Both the position numbers and the translations under genes were made by a program. Shown here one piece after another: positions 55,604 to 64,000 of a DNA stretch of 64,000 nucleotides (positions within the stretch are counted from its first letter, which is position 1; each line of letters begins with the position of its first letter). The stretch is from Eledone cirrhosa (taxonomy: Eukaryota). The notes under the pieces were generated by a model. That model was not told the origin of the DNA and searched no databases. It saw only the letters and a program-made list of their open reading frames with translations. Where the stretch lies: the NCBI GenBank assembly GCA_964016885.1, contig OZ024740.1, positions 352,966,001-353,030,000 of the forward strand. Reading direction: 5' to 3'.

Positions 55604-55738
55604 CTTGTTCAGTGGAATCTGGACAAAACGGAATGATATCCGGGTGAAATTCAAACGTTTGTTGATAATCAGATGGACTAGCAGAATATTGTATCGTAGT
55701 TTCCGTGAATATCGGCCCGACATTATATTTGTTTGAAT
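55604..55738 (-). CDS. linker exon, 135 nt (DSNKYNVGP...CPDSTEQ)
   Basis: cctatttag| and |gttcat, open, phase 1-1. Confidence 0.6.
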
Positions 55739-57549
55739 CTAAATAGGATTGATCTTTGGATTAAACAAATAAACAAATATTAATTAGTTCTTGTCCTGCA
55801 AAATTCATTGATAACAGAAATACTGAAAAAAGAAAATGTTTTAAAAACGCAAAAAGCGCATACATGAAGCTTGGTAATTGTTGAACTTTATTAGAAAATA
55901 TATGGCTTAATGAAATATTAATGTATTAATGGAATAATTTACATGGTATATCATGTGCAATAATGCTACACACATGTAAGCCAGATACAAAATTATTTAT
56001 GTATATCATCAACTGCTTATGATAAATGAGTATGTAATAATGATAACAAATGTTATAGCTTACATTAATGTGAGTGGAAAATTCATTAGAACAAAATACA
56101 TCTGATACGAAAGTCGTACTAAATCAAAGGAAAATGATAATGAAGATGAATGATTCAAATGTGTCTATGAGTCATAAATCTCTATAGAAAATTATAGTCG
56201 GATATAATGTTTTCATAGCATATAAGATCACGGATTATGACCCGAACATTAAAATCTGAAAATTACTTCTATTATAACGGTAAAAGAAAATAACATTACT
56301 TAAAAATATCAGTCTAAAATATTTTTAAATATGATATATTGGCAAAAAATATATGAAAGCAGGCAAGCCTAAGGTTTTTGTCTCGTTATCAACTGAGCTT
56401 TCTTTTTGAGAGGACTTTAACTTCCTTATCAGTGATTCATCGTAGATCTGAAATTAATTTCTTAGTAAATAAAGATTTTTTAAAATTAAACACCCCTATA
56501 TTATTGGTACCTAGTATTTTCGAGTAGATTCCGAAAAAAAAACAAAACAAAATACTATGACGATTTAAGTTATAACTTAGAGTAGGGGAACCTAAATATT
56601 GTACTCATATTTAATCCGTATTTCTTTTAATGTAGTCCTCTCTACAATCTTGTTATCGAGATAAAGTTTTATTTATATATATATATATCTTTATAGAGAA
56701 TAGTAAGAAATATGTATAACTGTATGAATTGTTTACATAAAAGCAGTTGTATGCTAAATCTCTGAATTCTACACAAGTGAGCAGCTATATACACATTGAG
56801 ATCTGCTGAAGGTTTTTAACTGAAAAAAGTCATATTTCATACAAATATATAAAATCATAGTTTATATAAAGTTTATCTCCATTAAGAAACAAAACAGAAA
56901 GAAACATATAAGAAAAAGAGCGCAATGAGCTTTATTCCAACTGGAATATTGGTTTTACATGTTTCTACATGTCTGTGGAATTCAACTGAGATTTGTTCTC
57001 AATTAATTTTCCCAAGCTGCTTCATTCCAAATCCACACTATTGTGGTATTTGAGGTTAGAATTTATTAGACCTAGTACTGACAATTTGTTGACAGATATA
57101 TTTTTAGAATAGTTTACAGTTAAGTATGAATCTATATACCAATTATTCAGTAGTTAATATTAAAGATTCTTTAGTCGAATGGAAATTAAAACTGGCAATA
57201 GTTATATTTACTTTAGGAAAATATTCTATCCAAAAATTTGATGAAAATCCGACAATAATTTACGAAAGTGCTCCATGTTTTTTTAAAAACAAGTTTCAGT
57301 GATTAATAGAAACATTATCGTAAGTATTGGTGACAGAATACATTTCAGGAGAAATAAAAAATAATGCCACCCGCTATTCCTACAAATGGCATTAGACGCA
57401 AGAATGCAGAAAAGTAGAACACCTCGCATTGAAATGTGTTGACATCTCTGTTGAAAATGTTTCCCAAATATTTACTTAATGATTCCAAATATATCAATAG
57501 AAAAAAGCGTTTGCGTTTGCGAAAATGTGAAGCTATTACAAAAACTAAC

Positions 57550-57723
57550 CCTCATTATAACGTCCCACACATGATTGATTTTCTTGAGTTACTTTATATG
57601 GAGATATTAATTCAGGATACCCTGCTCCAATACATTCATCAATGATGTTTTTCAAAAATTCTTGGTCATTTTCCTTTTGAGCGGTTTCAAGTTTAAAACG
57701 AAGCAAATGTGATTTTTTCGTGC
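57550..57723 (-). CDS. repeat exon, 174 nt (GTKKSHLLRFKLETAQ...AGYPELISPY...YNE)
   Basis: ttgttag| and |gttagt, phase 1-1. Confidence 0.85.
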
Positions 57724-58289
57724 CTAACAACGGTATAATAGTTGATGAAATTGAAATATTAGAATATTGTATTCTTTTGGCATAAGATTAAATTTTTGTA
57801 GCAGTGTAATATTGGTGTGTTGGATATATTACAAGTATTTATATTCTCTAAACCAAAGGAATGAAAGTTAAAGTCTAATCATGGCGTTAGGTAATCTTTA
57901 ACATCTGATACTACATAACCAAGAAATATATTTAAACATACTGCGCCTTTTAATTTCAGCTTTATAGTCTATATCTCTGTAATGTGTGTTATATCTCAAA
58001 AGCTGCAGAATAATGTAATTATTTCAAGATATTTTAGCCAGCTCATTGGTTAGGAGATTTGAAGGGAAATTATATGCAGTTAAATATTGATAAGGTGATT
58101 GAATTAGCTGTACGTCTGTGAACCACAGATCACCAAGCCCACAAGCTTGAGGGTCAGTGTTTCCAGTGTTTCCACGGATGTGTGTATCTAAACCAAGATT
58201 CATCACACTGAACGTATATGTATTACCGACAAGTATATAATCAGCAGTACTGTAAAACTTAAATGAGTTTAAATGCTCTTTGGGTTTAA

Positions 58290-58541
58290 CCCTTTCGTTA
58301 TCATATTTCTAATAAAATATTCTACCTATGAATTTCAATTTCTTTTAACAATATTTAAAAAATGGCGGGGTTAATATAACTAACCTTCTCATTATTACGT
58401 TGGTGTATAGAACATAACTTAAGAGTATTTTCTTAAATGAAATTATAACAGAAAGTTTATATTTAAACACGAACACGTTAAAACAAATAGCTTTTCATCA
58501 TAAAACCAAGGGTGATTTCAGGAGGGTTGATAACAAAAGGC
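58290..58541. mobile_element. piggyBac-like MITE
   Basis: TTAA-CCCTTTCGTTATCA ... TGATAACAAAAGGC-TTAA. Confidence 0.65.
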
Positions 58542-58704
58542 TTAATGTGGGAGAGGTGAAATTCACAAAACTGACTAGCCTAATATAAAGGCGCGCATGT
58601 ATCGAAATCTGATTCTGTGAAGTCTATATTAATCAAGTATTACAATGAAGATAAATATATTTTTTGGATTATACTAAAAGAGAGTAATTGTAAATAAAAC
58701 CAAC

Positions 58705-58878
58705 CTCCACGACCATGGCCTAAACTCTCCAAAGCATCACGCGCTTGTTGCAGATCAAAACAAAGCTCCGGATAGGACGCATCTTCAGCTTCCACTATAG
58801 ATTTCTCAAGAAGGGACTTATTTTTGTGTTTTATAGCCTTTTTTATATGGTCCCGAATTATCTGAGACGATCTGTGTT
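58705..58878 (-). CDS. repeat exon, 174 nt (EHRSSQIIRDHI...YPELCFDLQQARDALESLGHGRG)
   Basis: ctattag| and |gttggt, phase 1-1. Confidence 0.9.
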
Positions 58879-59128
58879 CTAATAGTCAATAAAAGTTGAC
58901 TTTTAAAGCGGTATTAGAAATTTTTAACATTTTAACGTATTTCAAAATAATCTCTCTCTTTCTCTTTCTCTCTCTCGTATTATATATATATATCGAAAAT
59001 ATTACATCGTTTTTTGCTTCTTATATTTCAATATACAATGAATATATTTCTAATATACTAAATTTGAAATGCTAGATAATTATTTTACAAACCTATTGAT
59101 TAGTGCTGGTTTAATTTAGAATATTGCC

Positions 59129-59160
<32 letters not shown>

Positions 59161-59680
59161 TGTATGTATGTATGTATGTATGTATGAATGTATGGCAACA
59201 CCTTAGTTATTAGGAAGGTTGACTCATAATCGTAAAATCGTGGGTTCGTCTACCGGCGACGCGTTGTGTCTTTGAGCAAGACACTTGTTTTTCACATTGC
59301 TCCAGTCCACTCAACTTGAATAAGTGAGTTATACTTATGATCTAAATGGCCATCCTTCTCACACACTATCAGATTGAATCACGCTGAAAATTATGTTGAA
59401 GGTCCACGTGGAATGATTATCAATTTGAGTGTTAATTCCCCGTGCAGGCTCTTCTGTTGATCAAACAACTGGAACATTCATTATCAGAACCGAAAGAGGT
59501 TCAACACACACACATTTATGTTTGTACTCATTTGATCTCACAATATCCAGTAATTTGCGTTCTATCATGATTGAATAACAGAAACACACCCTAAACAAAA
59601 CTCGAAAATCAGAAACAGATATCACTGAAAGCCCAATGAATAAATAAGCAAGAAAGCGTAAATTAATAAATATAGCCAAC

Positions 59681-59854
59681 CTCCAAAGCCACCTTTCAAT
59701 GTATCAAGAGTTTTCCTGGCTTTCTGGACATCGGAGTCCAACTCAGGAAAACCAGCTGAGACACATTTCTTTATAATTTCTTCTAAGTCCCTAGGTTTTT
59801 TTTCTTTCATAGCTTCTCTCAGTCGGTCTCTCATCTTATGAAGCGATACATTCC
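59681..59854 (-). CDS. repeat exon, 174 nt (GNVSLHKMRDRL...FPELDSDVQKARKTLDTLKGGFG)
   Basis: ttttccgtcag| and |gttggc, phase 1-1. Confidence 0.92.
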
Positions 59855-60135
59855 CTGACGGAAAAAAATTGATGTTGTTTTAGAAGCCATTATTCTGTTT
59901 TGAATTCTGCTTGACTATTATATTTGTTTTTGCAAAAAAGATAGATAAATAGATAGATGGGTGAATGGATGGCTGGATGAATAGAAGGATAGATGGATGG
60001 AAGAATGGATGGAAGGATGGATAAATGCATAGATAGATAGACAGAAAGATAGACACACACACAACACACACAACACACACAACACACACACACACATACA
60101 CACACACACACATTTATATATATATATATAGAGAG

Positions 60136-60166
<31 letters not shown>

Positions 60167-60323
60167 GAGAGAGGGAGAGAAAGAGAGAGAGGGGGGTGAT
60201 GGAGATAGAGAGATAAAGATAGATAGAATGTTAGTTATACAAAGAAAGCTTTAAATGAAATGTGCTGTTCGCGCTGTTTAATTCATGCATTAAGAATTTA
60301 TAAGTGGTTTTGATTTAGCTAAC

Positions 60324-60497
60324 CTCCATGTCCACCACCTAATTGTTTAAGAACGCTCCTAGCTTCGCGCAAGTCATAGCTGAGTTCGGGATATTCAGCT
60401 TTCTCACATTCTATTATGAGATTTTCAATAGCTTGTCTATTTTTCTGTTGCCCTGCTGCTCGTAGCTCGCACCGCAGTTGCTCTGAAGTTTTATCAA
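60324..60497 (-). CDS. repeat exon, 174 nt (DKTSEQLRCEL...YPELSYDLREARSVLKQLGGGHG); the most 5' exon found
   Basis: ggttttcag| and |gttagc, phase 1-1. Confidence 0.92.
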
Positions 60498-60511
60498 CTG
60501 AAAACCAAAAT

Positions 60512-62225
<1,714 letters not shown>

Positions 62226-62651
62226 TGTGTGTGTTCTTGTATGTGTGTGTATTTTGCGTGCGAACGTATGTATATAAAATATATGAAATTGAGGTTGATA
62301 TTTTATGAAATAATTAAAAGTTGTAACATGCATTTTTCTGTTAAAAGCAGGAAAATTGTATTTAGCTACAATTATATATTCAGTCATTTTATGTAGCTAA
62401 TATTTTCATTTATATAGGCTTTGCTTTGGCTTATTGCAAGTGAGTTGCGGTGTACAGGTTATAAATGGAATATTATTGCTTCCAAGCCAATACGATTCGA
62501 AATATTGGAGAAACTGATGTGGAATGCCTAAGGAAACAGTATAACCATTACATTGCAAATCCCAACACAACGGCATGCATGTCTACAAATTCAATACATA
62601 TCGGGTGGATACATATCGACAAAGCGGTAATGAACTCTCATATAATTGCGC

Positions 62652-62712
62652 ATGTATGTATGTATGTATGTATGTATGTATGTATGTATGTATGTATGTA
62701 TGTATGTATGTA

Positions 62713-62747
<35 letters not shown>

Positions 62748-62945
62748 ATATGTGTATGTGTGTGTGAGTGTGTATTCATGTATATATGTATGTGTGTATG
62801 TATGTGTGAGTGTGTATGCATGTATGTATGAATGTATGTATGTGTGAGTGTGTATGTATGTATGCTTGTATGTATGCTTGTATGTATGTATGTATGTATG
62901 TATGTATGTATGCTTGTATGTATGCTTGTATGTATGCTTGTATGT
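62652..62945. repeat. (TATG)n/(TG)n compound microsatellite
   Basis: Seen directly in the sequence. Confidence 0.95.
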
Positions 62946-63723
62946 CATTTTATGTCAGGTCACCAGTTGGTGCTACTGGTAACATGTATCCCAGTACAAC
63001 CTGTCTCATGGTCGGGTCGTTGGCGACTAAACTGGCAACCCCACCAAGGTTTCTTGGTGAGGAGGGTGACTTTGGACTAAAAACAAAACCTGTCAAAGGG
63101 CAAAGGAGCTCGTAAGATCAATGGCCATCCAAAATCTCTGGGAGAGATGACCCTTAGCCTTTGTCAAGGCAGAATTCTAGGAGAAGGAAAACTCTGATAT
63201 AACACCTGCAACCCTGATGGTATCTGATGATGTTGACTTGTTCTTCTTTTTGGTAAATATCATCTTGGTTAAGAGAGTGGGACTGGCTTTGTGCAATGCC
63301 TTTGCTCACTATAAAAGCTTCACGGCACAGGCATTGCTTTATATCTGGAGATCTCTCTGCACTTGTCATCACATGGTACCATGGGCCCAGCACTATGTGT
63401 CAATAATTGTCACAAGTGTAGTGTTTGTACCAGAGTTTTCAAGTCACTGGCTGGACTAAAAAGTCACACTTGTTCAGCGCATCGGTAGGGGTTCTCCTAC
63501 ATGGATATAAAGTAGTGGCCGTACTCGAAAACGAGTTGGCAGCCACCATGTATGTACGCACCTATGTATGTATTGTATGTATGCATATATATATATGTAT
63601 GTATTGTATGTATGCATATATATATATATATATAATATGCATACATACAATACGTATATATATATATATATATGTACATATATAAATATGCATAAATACA
63701 ATACATATATATATATATATATA

Positions 63724-63837
<114 letters not shown>

Positions 63838-64000
63838 TGTAACTACGAAATTAATTATTCTAAGCCTATAGTTCGATACTCATTTGTTTCCACCACATCA
63901 CATTCCAACATGAATGTTAGAACATAAACATGTTTTAACGAGGCAGATTTCAGTGGAAATCTTGGCATTCAAAATCTTCAATAAATAGCCTTTATATAAT

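Noticed and set aside
56330-56447. Possible extra minus-strand exon (IYDESLIRKLKSSQKESSVDNETKTL) weakly like a repeat N-terminus
   Set aside because: The acceptor gives phase 0, the phase-1 reading hits TGA at once, and there is no good GT donor. At most a decayed exon.
58024-58206. 60-aa minus-strand ORF inside the repeat gene
   Set aside because: It lacks the repeat motif, ends in a stop within an intron and has no matching donor.

Overview
AT-rich eukaryotic genomic DNA dense in microsatellites and transposons. The SINE family and repeat style suggest an octopod cephalopod, which is an inference. Most ORF-track entries are microsatellite artefacts or decayed transposons: Penelope-like elements, an R4/Dong-type REL LINE, RTE and L1/Tx1 LINEs, mariner, a Chapaev-type DNA transposon, MITEs and tRNA-SINEs. 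Reading splice sites by hand reveals two convergent spliced genes that the ORF track misses or shows only in fragments. (1) On the + strand, 1688-15614, is a micro-exon gene. Five 18-21 nt symmetric phase-1 exons, several made by tandem duplication, lead into a 6-Cys domain and a GPI-anchor-like tail: xMTSAQG-WTTHHY-DMSKPHY-DKTTHHY-EMNSPN-ACSRYRACIQHIYGEAMCESNIYKCAKKHRCFNKDTVTWDIKLKCNILANAGKFNKFAVSAIVMGLLTTHIAVNM*. (2) On the - strand, 60497-39145, are 18 exons encoding about 1,110 aa, with the 5' end not found. Thirteen are phase-1/1 exons that each encode one ~58-aa helical repeat ending in a Gly-rich linker, and nine of these are exactly 174 nt. They are followed by a degenerate domain resembling the dynein-stalk microtubule-binding fold and a Ser-rich tail. 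Several minimal type-I hammerhead ribozyme motifs and many foldback inverted repeats lie mostly near Penelope remnants or (TA)n tracts. All gene models are manual predictions without transcript support.
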